From positions 235,854-299,853 of the forward strand of contig CAVOQN010000006.1 in assembly GCA_963698375.1 (NCBI GenBank): a stretch of 64,000 nt of DNA, read 5' to 3'. The DNA comes from an uncultured Pseudomonadota bacterium (GTDB lineage: Bacteria; Pseudomonadota; Gammaproteobacteria; Acidiferrobacterales; UBA6901). A program made the position numbers and the translations under genes. Every line of letters starts with the position of its first letter. The first letter of the stretch is position 1. A model generated the notes under the pieces. The model made no database searches. It was not told the origin of the DNA and saw only the letters and a program-made list of their open reading frames with translations. Shown here one piece after another: positions 63,330 to 64,000 of the stretch.

Positions 63330-64000
63330 CTCAAGCTGACACCGAGCAGTGTGCCAATCGCGTAGGTCGCGGCGCCTGAGGCGCCGCCGATTGCCAGCAT
63401 GCGCAGTCCGCCCCGGACGGCGCCGCGCCCGGTGAACAGACTGAGTGTGGCGCCCACTACAAACAGCGCCGCACCCGAGAACGTCGCAGCGTACAACACC
63501 GGTTGTGCCCCAAGCCTCAATAGAAACGGCGCAAGCGGAATGACGGCGCCGAGTGTAAACGCCAGAAACGAAAAAATCGCTGCGCCCCACGGCGAGCCAA
63601 GATCGTCCGGGTTCAGCCCGAGTTCCTCGCGTGCCAGGGTATCGAGCGCATGCTCTGGATCTTTCAGCATCTTGCGCGCCACGCTCCGTGCCTCGTCCAT
63701 GTCCATGCCGCGCGCGTTATAGATGAGTGCCAGCTCCTCGGCCTCTTCATCCGGATACTCGGCAAATTCCTCGCGCTCCAGGCCGATCTGGTACTCGTAC
63801 ATCTCGCGTTGTGAACGCATCGACACATACTCACCGGCCGCCATGGAAAATGCGCCGGCCAGCAGACCGGCGATGCCGGACATGAGGATGATGCCCGTCT
63901 CCCCGGTCGCGCCGGCCACGCCCATAATGAGACTGGTGTTGGACACCAGTCCGTCGTTCACTCCGAACACTGACGCGCGCAAATTGCCGCCGCTGCCGAT
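63326..64000 (-). CDS. VIT1/CCC1-family iron/manganese transporter (5' end lies outside the window)
   Basis: Contains FGVNDGLVSNTSLIMGVAG, the acidic loop EYPDEEAEELALIY and C-terminal TM helices. The frame is open to the window edge. Confidence 0.8.
   Translation of the reverse strand: MGSGGNLRASVFGVNDGLVSNTSLIMGVAGATGETGIILMSGIAGLLAGAFSMAAGEYVSMRSQREMYEYQIGLEREEFAEYPDEEAEELALIYNARGMDMDEARSVARKMLKDPEHALDTLAREELGLNPDDLGSPWGAAIFSFLAFTLGAVIPLAPFLLRLGAQPVLYAATFSGAALFVVGATLSLFTGRGAVRGGLRMLAIGGASGAATYAIGTLLGVSLS

Overview
GC-rich proteobacterial chromosomal segment. The gene content looks gammaproteobacterial (ycbB-ycbK pair, yrfG, dadA, rhlE, recQ, lhr). It is densely packed with about 70 housekeeping, envelope and signalling genes. 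I found no rRNA, tRNA, CRISPR array, transposase, integrase or phage module, so this reads as core genome rather than an accessory island. Recognisable blocks are:
- an L,D-transpeptidase/MepK pair
- a gnd-zwf-pgl pentose-phosphate cluster
- recQ
- a PepSY/OmpR-type regulator/PhoQ-like kinase module with a His-rich secreted protein
- metA with a P-loop ATPase
- several c-di-GMP enzymes (HD-GYP, REC-REC-GGDEF, GGDEF-EAL)
- a DUF4198/HupE metal-uptake pair
- a glycerophosphodiester cluster
- a roughly 1445-aa Lhr helicase
- an RNA-centred block (RhlE, CspA, RRM protein, DEDD exonuclease)

The most striking property is that roughly 55-60 reading-frame breaks interrupt otherwise well-conserved genes. 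They are strongly clustered: zwf has 10, the sensor kinase 4, the 30.4-32.0 kb patch at least 10, dadA at least 7 and pbpG at least 5. Neighbouring genes of 1-2 kb (recQ, prs, metA, GGDEF-EAL, glpD-like and others) are intact. Most breaks that I could resolve to the nucleotide are single-base insertions outside homopolymers. That fits patchy long-read consensus error at least as well as real pseudogenisation, and the sequence alone cannot decide between them. I did not find a convincing novel multi-gene system. The best candidates for follow-up are a few unusual domain fusions (DUF465-cupin, TfoX_C-Tag), a tandem pair of lipoproteins sharing an uncharacterised Cys-containing domain, a bacterial CarS-like gene neighbourhood, and an AT-rich palindrome with flanking direct repeats.
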